Assembly (NCBI GenBank): GCA_963828735.1
Contig: CAWHFW010000005.1
Coordinates: forward strand, 2,464,001-2,528,000
DNA length: 64,000 nt
DNA from: an uncultured Gemmatimonadales bacterium
GTDB lineage: Bacteria > Gemmatimonadota > Gemmatimonadetes > Gemmatimonadales > GWC2-71-9
Direction: 5' to 3'
Within the stretch, counting starts at the first letter, position 1. The number at the start of each line of letters is the position of its first letter. The notes under the pieces were generated by a model, which was not told the DNA's origin, did not search any database, and saw only the letters and a program-made list of their open reading frames with translations. This document shows positions 39,297-49,450 of this stretch, piece after piece. Made by a program: the position numbers and the translations under genes.

Positions 39297-40295
39297 ATGC
39301 AGATCAGAGCATACGCGATCAGAGAGAAAGGCGGCACGGCGGAGCCCTTCCTGTATGAGAGGACTCTCGGCGGCCGTGAGGTCTTGGTAAGGATCACGCA
39401 TCGTAGCCTCGCGAGGGGCGACATCCAGTTCATCGATAATGATTGGGGTGACGCGCGGTATCCGCTGGTCCCCGGCCACGAGATCGTTGGAATCGTCGAA
39501 GAGGCCGGTTCTGAGGTCGCCGGTCTGCACACCGGCGATCGCGTTGGGATCGGGTACCAGCAGGAGGCGTGTTTCGACTGCTCCTTCTGCAAGCGGGGCG
39601 CGGAGCAACTCTGCGCCAGTCAGAAGGTCATTGCCGTCGACCGTTACGGCGGCCTGGCCGAACACATCATTGTCGATGCTCGGTTCGCCTTCCGGCTCCC
39701 GCCGCAGCTCGATTCGGCCACATCGACCCCTCTGCTCTCGTCCGGCCTGACAGTGTACGCAGGCATTCTTCGGGCCGGACTGGCCGACGGTTGTCCAGTG
39801 GCGGTGCTGGGCGCCGGAGGCCTCGGTCACCTGGCCATACAGTTCCTCCACAAGATGGGACACCGCGTGACGGCGTTTTCGCATTCGCCAGCCAAGAGAG
39901 CGCTGATTGAGCGGCTGGGAGGCGCATTCGCGGACAGCTCGGACGCGGAGCGCCTGACCGAGTACCAGGGGGAGTTTGACTTCATCCTCTCGACGCTGAA
40001 TGTCGCCTTCGACCTTGACTCCTTTGTGAGAATGCTGACGCCACAGGGTCAGCTCTGCCTGGTGGCGTCGCCGTTGAAGCAGCTATCGCTGAGCGGCGGG
40101 CTATTGAACAATTCTCGGCGATCCATCTATGGGAACTACATAGGGAGTCGTGCGGATACAACGCAGATGCTCGCGTTCTCGTCGAAGCATGGCATCGCGG
40201 CTATCGTCGATGTCATGCCGCTCGCTCGAGTGAACGAAGCCATCGAGCGGGTCAGAAGAAGAGATGTCGCGATGGGTCTCGTGCTGGAGAGCTAG
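39297..40295 (+). CDS. zinc-type NAD(P)-dependent alcohol dehydrogenase (CAD-like)
   Basis: PLVPGHEIVG, structural-zinc Cys cluster, GAGGLG. Confidence 0.9.
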   Translation: MQIRAYAIREKGGTAEPFLYERTLGGREVLVRITHRSLARGDIQFIDNDWGDARYPLVPGHEIVGIVEEAGSEVAGLHTGDRVGIGYQQEACFDCSFCKRGAEQLCASQKVIAVDRYGGLAEHIIVDARFAFRLPPQLDSATSTPLLSSGLTVYAGILRAGLADGCPVAVLGAGGLGHLAIQFLHKMGHRVTAFSHSPAKRALIERLGGAFADSSDAERLTEYQGEFDFILSTLNVAFDLDSFVRMLTPQGQLCLVASPLKQLSLSGGLLNNSRRSIYGNYIGSRADTTQMLAFSSKHGIAAIVDVMPLARVNEAIERVRRRDVAMGLVLES

Positions 40296-40328
40296 GATCC
40301 CCGCTCGAGCGCGCAGGCTATCTCCTCA

Positions 40329-40384
40329 TGTCGGGCTTTTCTATCTGCGGGGTTGTGTGAGTAGTCTGTGAGTAATATTTGTGA
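40329..40384 (+). repeat. partial junction (terminator half plus GTGAGT motifs)
   Basis: TGTCGGGCTTTTCTATCTGCGGGGTTGTGTGAGTAGTCTGTGAGTAATATTTGTGA. Confidence 0.65.
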
Positions 40385-40543
40385 CCTCACGCCGGCGCTC
40401 CGCCGCCGAGCTTGGAACAGTTCGCGGACCGCCTCCCGGGTTGTCCCCGGGAGGCGGGAGATGAACAGAAGGGCACCGCCAAGACGTGGTAGCCTCGATG
40501 AAACGTATACAGTCCCGCTACGTGCAGCAGCCAAGATACTCGA

Positions 40544-41065
40544 CTACTTCCGACCAACTACCGAGCAACGATACACCTCATCCGTCGAGACGATCGTGAT
40601 CTCGGGGCTCGGGCCGGCCGCGGCCGCGAGGACCTCCTCATCCGAGGTGAACTGGTGGGGCGTGAAACCCGGGTTGAAGACGATGAGGTTCTGGTGCCAC
40701 AGGGGATTGAATCCGTCGCCCTGGATGGCATCGATGACAGAGATGAAGTCCTGCTCCTCGTCCAGATCGTTGGAGGCATAGATCTGATTGATGCTCCCGT
40801 TGTGCGCGATGGTCGCGGCAGATGCATCCTCCGGCAGCTCCTTCATGTTGACGGTGAACAGCTCGCCATCGTAGTACGCCGGCCTCTGGCCCGCCGCGCC
40901 GTTAGTGCTCCGCGCGGCCGCGAGCTCTCCTGCCGGCTGGACCGCAGGGTTCGTCCCAGACTGACCCGTCATGGGGGCCGTAACGTCGGACTGGCATGCG
41001 GTCCAAAGGGCCGACAACGCGACCAGGGCGGCCCGGGCGCGGGCCGAGTTCCAAGCGCTGCTCAT
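40544..41065 (-). CDS. hypothetical lipoprotein
   Basis: Lipobox-like WTAC; GAAGGAG RBS; NPLW motif. Confidence 0.75.
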   Translation of the reverse strand: MSSAWNSARARAALVALSALWTACQSDVTAPMTGQSGTNPAVQPAGELAAARSTNGAAGQRPAYYDGELFTVNMKELPEDASAATIAHNGSINQIYASNDLDEEQDFISVIDAIQGDGFNPLWHQNLIVFNPGFTPHQFTSDEEVLAAAAGPSPEITIVSTDEVYRCSVVGRK

Positions 41066-41179
41066 ATCGCTGCTCCTTCGGTGTGTGCAGTATGTGTGTT
41101 CTGCCTGCGCGCTCGGCATGGGCGTTCCCATGCCGAGGCGTTGTCTAGGCAGACGGCACAGACGCGAGGAGTATTCCCG

Positions 41180-42043
41180 TCACATGCGCATGGCGGCGAG
41201 TTCGGCGGCGGTGAATTCACCCACGAGGAAGGAGCCGTTGTCGCGGCCCGGCCAGCCAACGGCGTGGATCTTCCCCTCGCCTGCGGCATAGAGACCCGAC
41301 GTGGCGATCGCCTCGCGCACCCGGGGCGGTCGGAAGAACACGTGTTCGGGCACGACATACTGGACGACCAGACGGTCATGGCAGCGATAGGCGAGAACCG
41401 CGGCGGGCACGCCGTCGATCGTCGTGGTCCAGGCTCCGATCAACCGCATGTGCGGGGCCTTGAGTGCCGGGACCGAGAAGGGCACCTGTGACTCGACCGC
41501 TGCCAGCTCCGGCCCTTGCGGCAGCGCGGACTTGGCGACCCGGCGAAAGTCATGCAGCGCCGCATCCGCGATGGGCTCGGGGACGCTGTCGATAGAGACC
41601 GAGACCAGGGGACCCATGGACATGCCCCCCATCCCCGAGCCAGCCTGCCCCCGAGGGCCCAGAGCCCACAGCGCGGCGAGGCTCGCCGCGATCAGCCAGC
41701 CGCCCCAGGTAACCAACGGGTGCCGACGCATCGAACCCTTCGACGGCCCGGCACTTGGCATTCGCGGCGATCGCTCCGACGCCTCGCTCCCCAGGCGATT
41801 GACGTGATCCTTGAGGCGATCCAAAGTTTCCGATGGCTCCTGGCAGCTCTTCTCAGCGCGCAGTCTGTGCTTAAGCGCGGTCTGCACCCGAAGCTCCTGC
41901 ACGCACTGAGGACACTCGGCCACGTGGGCGTCCACCTCGCGCCGACCTTCGGGCGGGAGCTCGTCGTCCGCATAGGCGCCGAGTAGCGGCACTAGCTGCT
42001 CGTGCCGGCGAGCAAGCGGAGTTCGCTCGGCAGAGTCGCTCAT
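41180..42043 (-). CDS. anti-sigma factor (zf-HC2)
   Basis: AYADDEL...HVAECPQC, TM helix; overlaps the sigma factor stop. Confidence 0.9.
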   Translation of the reverse strand: MSDSAERTPLARRHEQLVPLLGAYADDELPPEGRREVDAHVAECPQCVQELRVQTALKHRLRAEKSCQEPSETLDRLKDHVNRLGSEASERSPRMPSAGPSKGSMRRHPLVTWGGWLIAASLAALWALGPRGQAGSGMGGMSMGPLVSVSIDSVPEPIADAALHDFRRVAKSALPQGPELAAVESQVPFSVPALKAPHMRLIGAWTTTIDGVPAAVLAYRCHDRLVVQYVVPEHVFFRPPRVREAIATSGLYAAGEGKIHAVGWPGRDNGSFLVGEFTAAELAAMRM

Positions 42044-42678
42044 GCGCGCCTCACGTGTAGTTGGGCAGTCGGGTTCCCCCGCGACGGGGCGAGATCGGAC
42101 AGGCTCTCGTTCATCAGAATGAGCGCGGCCAGCAGCTTCCGACCGCGATAAATCCGGCTCATGACCGTCCCGAGCGGCACCCCGGTGGCGTTCGCGATAT
42201 CGACGTATCGAAAGCCTTCTAGGTCATGTAGTTCGATAGCCAAGGCGAACTCCTCCGGCAGCATCCGTAGGAGTTCGTGGATCCGCTCCGTGGATGCGGA
42301 GGCGATGAGATCCTCGAGCGGTCCGGCCCCCTGATCTTGCGCGGTGTCGTCCGCCGATTCCAGGGTGAGCGTGGGGGCGAGCTGCTCGCGCCGCGTCTGC
42401 TTCTCGAAATGGTCGCTCAGGGAGGAGCGAAGAATGCGATAGAGCCACGGCAGGACCAGCGCATCTTCGCGCAGGTCGTCGAACGCCACCCAGGCGCGCG
42501 TGCAGGCCTCCTGCACCACATCCTCGGCGTCTGTGGGGTTCCGAAGCCGCCGGCCTGCGAAGCGCAAGAGGCGGGCGAGATGGGGCTGGACAAGAGCCTG
42601 AAAGCGCGCCTGACTGGCAATCGGTACGGCATCCGCTTGGCCCAAGCTCGCCCCCACCTGCACAGTCGATAGGATCAT
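42040..42678 (-). CDS. ECF RNA polymerase sigma-70 factor
   Basis: DAEDVVQE, WLYRI and GVPLGTVMSRIYRGR. Confidence 0.93.
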   Translation of the reverse strand: MILSTVQVGASLGQADAVPIASQARFQALVQPHLARLLRFAGRRLRNPTDAEDVVQEACTRAWVAFDDLREDALVLPWLYRILRSSLSDHFEKQTRREQLAPTLTLESADDTAQDQGAGPLEDLIASASTERIHELLRMLPEEFALAIELHDLEGFRYVDIANATGVPLGTVMSRIYRGRKLLAALILMNESLSDLAPSRGNPTAQLHVRRA

Positions 42679-42811
42679 ACCTGTCTAACCTAGACGGCGT
42701 CACCCCTTGGAATATTCCCGGGCCCGTCACCCGTGAGCCGGTAACGCCTGTGGGAAAGGAGAATGGGCCGGAGACTCTGGAGCGCTTTGGGATGCGCGTG
42801 TAGGACCTCCA

Positions 42812-43113
42812 CAAGTCCGAGCATTTGTGAGAGTAGAGTACGGCAAAGTCCGGCATGAAACCCAGCAAACCCCAGCATCGGGTGGCACGAACTCGCGTAA
42901 ATGGTGGCAAGTTGCCGGAATTGGGGTGGTTCCAGCGGCCCCTCTGGATCAGGAGAGTCCTGGTTGACCTCAAAAGGTCGCCGGCTCACCTCCGGTGGCC
43001 TTCGGCTCGAGCCCAGGAGGGGCAACTGAAAGCGCGGTGGCTGCTTGGCAGCCGTCGCGCTTTGCTTATTTGCGGGGGTGTGTGAGCAGTGTGTGAGTTA
43101 CTGCGTGAGTTAC
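42812..43113 (+). repeat. att-like junction with 42-nt T-loop insert and three GTGAG motifs
   Basis: Core at 42942, insert 42966-43007, terminator, GTGTGAGC/GTGTGAGT/GCGTGAGT. Confidence 0.92.
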
Positions 43114-43319
43114 TCACGGCTGGGCAGGCGAGTTGCTCATCTTTGAGCTGCGGCTCGCTGGAATGACGGCGGAGATGCTGCACCGCTCTGGCTGGGAGGC
43201 GATCGACGGATTACTCAGCGCGGGGGAGGGATGCCGTAAAAGCGGCCGCCGCACGGAGCAATCCATGCGGCGGTCTAAGGAGCAGCTCCGGTAACTCTAA
43301 CTGGACAGAGTTCCCCGCT

Positions 43320-43409
43320 AGGGGGGCGGCGGGATCGAAAGCCCGCCCGGGCCATTCCCGTGCACCGCCTTCGAGGGGCGGCACCTGAAGTATACGCGTC
43401 AGCCCCTCT
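43320..43409 (-). other. non-canonical tRNA-like cloverleaf
   Basis: Folds by eye into acceptor, anticodon (CCGCC-CCTCGAA-GGCGG), variable-arm and T-arm (TTCGAT) stems; D-arm weak. Confidence 0.4.
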
Positions 43410-43645
43410 GCACGCTACTCGACCCCAAGCCTCGCCCGTTCCGCTACGAGGCCCCCCGTAGTAGGTGAGCCCGCCGCATCGCCGACAGTGAACCGGGTCC
43501 TGCTCTTCTCAGGAACGATGGCCGCCCGGGAGGGACAATGGCTCGCGCTGTTGCGGAGCCTTTTTGTTGGGCTTTGCCTTCCGTTCGATCCGGGAGAGGC
43601 ACTGTGCCGGTCACGGCTGCGTGACAGAAGGAAGCGTTCCCTTCC

Positions 43646-44473
43646 CTAGGGAAGCGCGGCAGAAAACTCCGCCATGCTCGTGAATCGCTCGGCAGCCGAT
43701 TTAGCGAGCGCCCGACCCAGGGCCTCATCAACCGTCTCCGGCACGGTGGCCCGAAGCCGCCGAGCCGAGGGCACGGGTGTTCGGAAGATTCGGGTGACCA
43801 CTTGGTGCGCCAGCGCCCCCGCGTAGGGAGGTTCGCCGGTCAACATCTCGTACAGAAGGCAGCCCAGACTATAGATGTCGGCCCGCTGGTCCAGCTCGCG
43901 CTCGCCGAGTAGTTGCTCCGGGCTTATGTAAAACAGGGTCCCCACCATGATTCCTGTATCGGTCAGCTTGCGATAGTTCGCGACGCCGAGGGCCCGGGCC
44001 AGCCCGAAATCCGCAACCAGCGCCCGGGGTTCGGCAAGGAGGATGTTCCCCGGCTTCACATCCCGGTGCAGGATGCCTAGGCCGTGGGCGTACCCGAGCG
44101 CCTCGGCCACGTCGTGCGTGATCCGGAAGGCTTCCTCCAGAGAGAGCTGACGCTCCCGATCCAACCGCTGATGAAGTGAGCCGCCTTCGATGTACGGCAT
44201 ACTGTAGTAGGGCACCTCGCCGGCGTCCCCAGACTCAAGCAGGGGCAGGATGCTTGGGTGCGAGAGCGACGCGGCTATCTCCATCTCGCGCCGAAATCGC
44301 TCGGTGTCGAGCGTAGCGCTCAGATCACGGTGCATGATCTTGATGGCCACCGGCTGTCGCTGGCGGACGTCGTGCGCGAGGTACACCGTGGCCATCCCAC
44401 CGCGCCCGATCTCGCGTTCAATCAGATAGCGGTCGCGGAAGGCCTGAGGGAGTGGTGAGGGTGTTGCGGTCAC
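43646..44473 (-). CDS. Ser/Thr protein kinase (catalytic domain only)
   Basis: EIGRGGMATV, HRDVKPGN, DFG, GTLFYISPE. Confidence 0.92.
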   Translation of the reverse strand: MTATPSPLPQAFRDRYLIEREIGRGGMATVYLAHDVRQRQPVAIKIMHRDLSATLDTERFRREMEIAASLSHPSILPLLESGDAGEVPYYSMPYIEGGSLHQRLDRERQLSLEEAFRITHDVAEALGYAHGLGILHRDVKPGNILLAEPRALVADFGLARALGVANYRKLTDTGIMVGTLFYISPEQLLGERELDQRADIYSLGCLLYEMLTGEPPYAGALAHQVVTRIFRTPVPSARRLRATVPETVDEALGRALAKSAAERFTSMAEFSAALP

Positions 44474-44608
44474 ATCGGTACCAACGACGGCAATGATGGC
44501 TAACCTAGCCCGAAGGACAGCCTCACGCTAGCCAAATACGCATGGGTGGCCCGCGGGCAAAGCAGCTGCCTGACGTCGGGAGGGACATCGAAGTGGCGTA
44601 ATGACCTG

Positions 44609-44860
44609 GCGAACCCCTTCATTTGCGCGAGTTAAGTACGGCAGGGTCCAGCAACCAACTCGGCAAACTCCAGCATCGGGTGACACGAACTCGCGTGAAT
44701 GCTAGCAAGTTGCTGGGGTTCAGCCGGTTACCACGGTCCCTCTGGATCAGGAGAGTCCTGGTTGACCTCAAAAGGTCGCCTTCGGCTCACCGTCGGTGGC
44801 CTTCGGCTCGAGCCCGGGAGGGGCAATGGCTCCCGCGACAGTGGGAGCCGTTTCCTTTTT
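44609..44860 (+). repeat. att-like junction with 45-nt T-loop insert, fourth terminator type
   Basis: Core at 44740, insert 44764-44808, GGCTCCC..GGGAGCC hairpin. Confidence 0.9.
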
Positions 44861-45180
44861 AGGTCGCGGTCTTCAGCGGCTTGGCCGTCTCTGGGTCTAG
44901 TCAAGGACGGGCAATCGGCTGCAGCAAGCTCGGCCGTATTCTTGTGAAGGCTCGGCCCGTCCCAACCGCGGCGTTTCAGGATTCGAGGCTGGTCTCTACT
45001 GCGGAACGCGATCTGGATGCCGGACTCCGGAGGGTCCGCAGCTGGGTCTCGGTCACGCTCGACGATGAGCGTTGGAGTATCCGTTTCGTGGGCCACCTCA
45101 CATCATTTCCTCCTCTGCGGTCTTAGGAATGCAGGGACAACGCGTGACTGTGGGCGCCCTGAGCCACTGGAAGCTGTGCC

Positions 45181-45390
45181 ATGGTACAAGTTGTTCGTGA
45201 AGCTGCACTTAAACCCTCCGCGGCAGAATCCTACCCGTATTTACCAGCCCGTATGTGGACGGCGGCTGGCGGACTGGCTGATCTTGTGGCGAAATACCGG
45301 GGGATCCCGGCCGAGGCTGTGAACCGCCTCAGTCGGGTGCTGTCGGACCGGGATTTCATGTTTCGCGGGGGAGGGCCGGCGACGGCCTGA
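45181..45390 (+). CDS. small hypothetical protein
   Basis: 69-aa ATG ORF: REAALKP...YPYLPARMW...RVLSDRDFMFRGG. Confidence 0.5.
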   Translation: MVQVVREAALKPSAAESYPYLPARMWTAAGGLADLVAKYRGIPAEAVNRLSRVLSDRDFMFRGGGPATA

Positions 45391-45703
45391 GCAATCCGCC
45401 GGTAGTCTGAGCTAGCAAGAATGGAGATTCCGATGCCGCGCTTCGCACATGTGCGGCGCATGCCGAGAATTATCGGGCACGGGCATCTTTAATCCCATCA
45501 CGCGCCACCGGCGGGGCCATACTGGTCCACGCCCGGCGCCGACGGACGTAGCAGCAGCCATCTATCAACGGCACCGAGCTCTATGCTCTTACATGGGCGC
45601 CTGTTTTCTAGGGCCCCAGGAGTAGGATCCCACCACCGATCGCAGTACGTCATGGTCAGTTCGGTTCGGCCCGCTGACGGCCCGAGCTCGAAGGAGGCCC
45701 CTG

Positions 45704-46630
45704 ATGGGTATTTTCGATTCATCTCGCACCCGCGTTGCGCCGGTCTTCGGCCGCCTGCAGTGCTTGGATCCATCCGGCAGACTGTGGCTCCAGGGACTCC
45801 TCGAACTGGCAAACAGTCGAAAGGTGCCGAGGCCGGAGGCCGGTCGCTCGCGCCTGCGGCTGGCGAGGTGGTGGCCGAGGGAGGCGAGACTGGCCGCTCC
45901 GCCGGGGCTTCTTCGATGGCTTCTGGAGAATGTGGAGGAGCCACGTGATGCCGCGGCATGGGGTCGCAGGCCGGAGGTGATGGCCAACCGGCGCCGAGTC
46001 GTCGACCGAGATGCCGACACGCTCGCTGGGGCGTTACGGAGTCTTCAAGAACGCCGCCTGTCGCCTCGCGCCTGGTACGTGCTTGAGGGGCCAAGTCAAC
46101 CAGACGTATATCTGGATTCCGCGGATGCCGTGATCGTTGTCGAAGGAAAACGAACGGAGACCGCTCCGACAACTTCCACAGCCTGGATGCGTGTGCGGCA
46201 TCAGATGCTGCGGCACCTTGACGGCGCCTGGGAGCATCTAGAGGGTCGGCGAATCTATGGCCTCTATATCGTCGAGGCGGACAATGGAACCAGCTCCACC
46301 GAACCCCCATCCACCTGGCACGAGGCAGTCGAGTCAACGATCTCGGACGAGGTGCTGAGGGGCAGCCTGCCGCACCGCACGTCCGACGAACGATCGCAGA
46401 TCGCCAGTGCTCTGCTCGGCGTTACCACCTGGCAGGCTGTCTGCGACGAGTTCCAGATACCCCGTGACGTTCTCATCCCCGAAGTCTTTGATGACGCGCC
46501 CGCGCTGAGAAGCACGCGCCGGAAATCGGGGAAGTCTCGGCGGCCTACCCCTTTGCCTGGTGACCTTGACCGGGCAGAGCCATCGCAAGCGACGGCAGCT
46601 CGTGGCCAACCTGATCATTTGAGTGAGTAA
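45704..46630 (+). CDS. putative PD-(D/E)XK nuclease-like protein
   Basis: EGPSQPDVYL...IVVEGKRTE...HQMLR; AAGGAGG RBS. Confidence 0.7.
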   Translation: MGIFDSSRTRVAPVFGRLQCLDPSGRLWLQGLLELANSRKVPRPEAGRSRLRLARWWPREARLAAPPGLLRWLLENVEEPRDAAAWGRRPEVMANRRRVVDRDADTLAGALRSLQERRLSPRAWYVLEGPSQPDVYLDSADAVIVVEGKRTETAPTTSTAWMRVRHQMLRHLDGAWEHLEGRRIYGLYIVEADNGTSSTEPPSTWHEAVESTISDEVLRGSLPHRTSDERSQIASALLGVTTWQAVCDEFQIPRDVLIPEVFDDAPALRSTRRKSGKSRRPTPLPGDLDRAEPSQATAARGQPDHLSE

Positions 46631-46880
46631 AGGATGGCAAAGTCCGGCATCGAAGCCAGTGAACCCCAGCGGCGGGCGACACGAACTCGTGTCAATGGTT
46701 GCCAGTTGCTGGAACGCGGATAGTAATTCTGGCCCCTCTGGATCAGGAGAGTTCTGGTTGACCTCAATAGGTCGCCTTCGGCTCACCTCTGGTGGCCTTC
46801 GGCTCCAGCCCAGAAGGGGCAATGAAGTCCGCAACGGCTTGCTGTTGCCGGGCTTCGTCTATTTATCCACCTGCCGTAGG
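46606..46880 (+). repeat. att-like junction with 45-nt T-loop insert
   Basis: Core at 46736, insert 46760-46804, first terminator type, GCCGTAG. Confidence 0.9.
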
Positions 46881-46951
46881 GGCTCGCGATCCGCCGGATG
46901 GGCACGATAAGCTGTCATGTACCACAAGTTCACCTTGCGAAAGGAGCTCCC

Positions 46952-47344
46952 ATGTTTGCCGTCATCCGCCATTACCACTTCGACAAGAAGGACAGTGCCG
47001 AGATCGATCGGCTCATCGAGGAACAGTTCGTGCCCATCATCCGCAAGGCCAAGGGCTTTGACCGCTACTACTGGCTGGATACCGGGAATGGTGAGGGCGC
47101 CTCATTCGGCGTCTTCAAGGACAAGGACGGTGCGGACGAATCGGTGGCTCTCGCGGCCGAGTTCGTGCGCACGCATATGGCGCAACTGCTGAGACAAAAG
47201 CCCGAAGTCATCGAAGGATCGATCAAGGCGCACAGACTGATCGACGACAGCACAGCGATGTCGCGCAATACGCCGTCATGGCGCTTCCCGAGCGCGGCAG
47301 AGAAGGTCTCGGATAGTGTACACCGGTCGTGTAGTCCGCCTTAG
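46952..47344 (+). CDS. ABM-like (dimeric alpha-beta barrel) hypothetical protein
   Basis: AAGGAG RBS; FVPIIRKAKGFDRYY...GADES. Confidence 0.7.
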   Translation: MFAVIRHYHFDKKDSAEIDRLIEEQFVPIIRKAKGFDRYYWLDTGNGEGASFGVFKDKDGADESVALAAEFVRTHMAQLLRQKPEVIEGSIKAHRLIDDSTAMSRNTPSWRFPSAAEKVSDSVHRSCSPP

Positions 47345-47687
47345 CGGCCGCTGCGGGCGACGAGCGGCAGTTGATTTGGACTCCTTCGCGTGAACGTAGC
47401 TGCCGCTCGTACTGAGCGGCAGGGCGTTAGGGGGCTTGGTTGTTCGATGTCGACGGTCAGATCATACGGTTGCTAGTCTACCCGTCGGCGGTACTCAGCG
47501 GCCGCGACATCCCTGAGCGGGAGCTCCTTCCGCTCCGTCACCCACTTCCGCCCTCAACCGATCGTCAACGCCCCAGCGCCCCTGGTGCAGTACAGGACCC
47601 CGTCCATCTACCGCGCGGATGCTGTCGAGGCGTACCTTACCCTATGTAACCCACCGGCAGGGCTGTCATCTCGAGCCCGGAAGGCGT

Positions 47688-48083
47688 ATGGCCTCTTCCC
47701 CAATCAGCCCGGCGCGACCGGTTGTGCTCGTAGTGGACGACGAGCCGGTGGCGCTGGCAGTGCTCCAACGAACGTTGGAACCGCATTATCGCGTGCTCAC
47801 CGCCTCCGACGGCTTGGAGGCGTTAAACGTGATCGAAGCGTGGGGTTCCAGCGTCCGGGTAGTGGTCACCGACGTGCGGATGCCTGGGCTGTCCGGGCCG
47901 GCCCTGGCGGCACACCTGGCGCGCTTGAACCGATCTCCCGCCGTCCTGTTCGTCTCGGGCTTTACCGACCCGGACGTGCCGGGGGAGGTGCTCGCCAAGC
48001 CTTTCCAACCCGACGCGCTCCTTAGCGCCGTCTCCCGGCTCCTTGAGAGCCAAGAGCGCAGCGGAAGTCGCGCTGACTCTTGA
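47688..48083 (+). CDS. single-domain response regulator
   Basis: VLVVDDE, VVTDVRMP, LAKPF. Confidence 0.88.
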   Translation: MASSPISPARPVVLVVDDEPVALAVLQRTLEPHYRVLTASDGLEALNVIEAWGSSVRVVVTDVRMPGLSGPALAAHLARLNRSPAVLFVSGFTDPDVPGEVLAKPFQPDALLSAVSRLLESQERSGSRADS

Positions 48084-48324
48084 GCGGCCTCAGTGTCGCT
48101 GTAGGGCGGTCTCGCCGTCCGATCACGTTTCCCGGTGACCCCAGGGGCATGGGCTCAACCGACCCTCAACGCTGGGCGCGCGTCGCTCCCCATCTCCGCT
48201 GCGCAAGCCCGGCCTGCCATCCGAGTGGACCCGGGTGCTAACCGTCCATCCCGACGGGATCAAGACGCTTCGGGCGGTGCTGTCCAACCCCGAAACGCAA
48301 TCGACAGACCGGGAGGTAGGATCG

Positions 48325-48648
48325 ATGCCACGCCGCATTCGCCGCCGTCCCGACGCGGACCCGAAGGCAGGCGTGCGCAAATACGGGAAGGCCGCGTTCG
48401 CCGATCCCGTGAACAACAAGTACCCGATCGACACGCCAGGGCGGATCAAGGCCGCGTGGGCCTACATCCACCAGCCCGAGAACGCAGCCAAGTACAGCGA
48501 GGCTGAGGTCCGAACGATCAAAATCAGGATCCGCCGAGCGGCGGAAATGCGGGACGTGGCGCTGCCAGATCCGGATGAGTTCGTCGAGCTGATGGCGCGC
48601 GTGAGAAAGAAGAAAGGATCGAGGACGCGGAAGGCGAACGACGAATGA
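48325..48648 (+). CDS. DUF6582-like protein
   Basis: FADPVNNKYPIDT...AAWAYI; GGAGG RBS. Confidence 0.75.
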   Translation: MPRRIRRRPDADPKAGVRKYGKAAFADPVNNKYPIDTPGRIKAAWAYIHQPENAAKYSEAEVRTIKIRIRRAAEMRDVALPDPDEFVELMARVRKKKGSRTRKANDE

Positions 48649-48736
48649 GCAAAGCACCGGAGCCTGCTCTCGCGTTCTCAGACAGCGTTCCACCGTTGGT
48701 CAGCCCAAGCCTTTTGCACAGTAACCGGGAGGTCCG

Positions 48737-49021
48737 ATGAGTCACTTCACACCCGAGGAGCTTGAGCGAGTCCGGACCATAATGCGCAAGGCCGGCGTCC
48801 GGGACGAGTGTGCCGCCTGCGGGAACATCGCTCTCAAAATCGACCAGGGACGGTACGGCCTCGTCGAGGTGGAATCCCTACTCGCGAATCCGACCGGCGC
48901 ACCGGGCGGCGGCGCGGGCCCAACCGGTCGCATCGCGACCTGCGTCCTGTTCTCCTGCTCACGGTGCGGCTGGATTCGACTGCACTCGCTCGCGGCGCTC
49001 GATCTGGACGCCATGGTATGA
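48737..49021 (+). CDS. small zinc-ribbon protein
   Basis: CAACG...CSRCGW; GGAGG RBS. Confidence 0.65.
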   Translation: MSHFTPEELERVRTIMRKAGVRDECAACGNIALKIDQGRYGLVEVESLLANPTGAPGGGAGPTGRIATCVLFSCSRCGWIRLHSLAALDLDAMV

Positions 49022-49305
49022 CGTTGGCGGGTTCGTTCCGACCTGGAGATGTCATACAGGTCACGACCGCGTCGGGCATTGCGAATGGCCTGGTGGGTCC
49101 AGCCCCGGACGGCTCGAATGGTGTCGAGGTGAACGCTCGCACCCATGAACAGTGGCGGGCTTCATCCGTCTCAGGCACGCTGGAGGTTGTGGGAGTGGCG
49201 CCGCTGTGGCTGCGCATGGATCTGCTGGCCATCAATGTGCCAGGCGACGATGTCCGGATCCGGGGAGAGATCACGACCGTACTCCGTCATTTCCCCTGCG
49301 ACTGA
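49018..49305 (+). CDS. hypothetical protein
   Basis: ATGA overlap with the upstream gene; 95 aa. Confidence 0.45.
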   Translation: MTLAGSFRPGDVIQVTTASGIANGLVGPAPDGSNGVEVNARTHEQWRASSVSGTLEVVGVAPLWLRMDLLAINVPGDDVRIRGEITTVLRHFPCD

Positions 49306-49392
49306 ACTGCGGGACCTTTGCGTAGCCTCAACGCCGCTCACCTTGAACTGGCTCGAAGGTTCCTCCAGGCGTCGACAGACTGGGTTCCCTCC

Positions 49393-49450
49393 GCGGGCGG
49401 CCCTTGCAGCCGTCCTCGCTTTGACTATTTGCGGGGGGCGTGTGAGTAAG
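49393..49450 (+). repeat. degenerate partial junction (terminator plus GTGAGT)
   Basis: GCAGCCGTCCTCGCTTTGACTATTTGCGGGGGGCGTGTGAGT resembles 43048-43088. Confidence 0.6.

Noticed and set aside
43545..43630. Possible c-di-GMP-I riboswitch (GGCAAA...GCAA on the minus strand)
   Set aside because: The required stems and tetraloop/receptor could not be built by eye; a Rfam scan would settle it.
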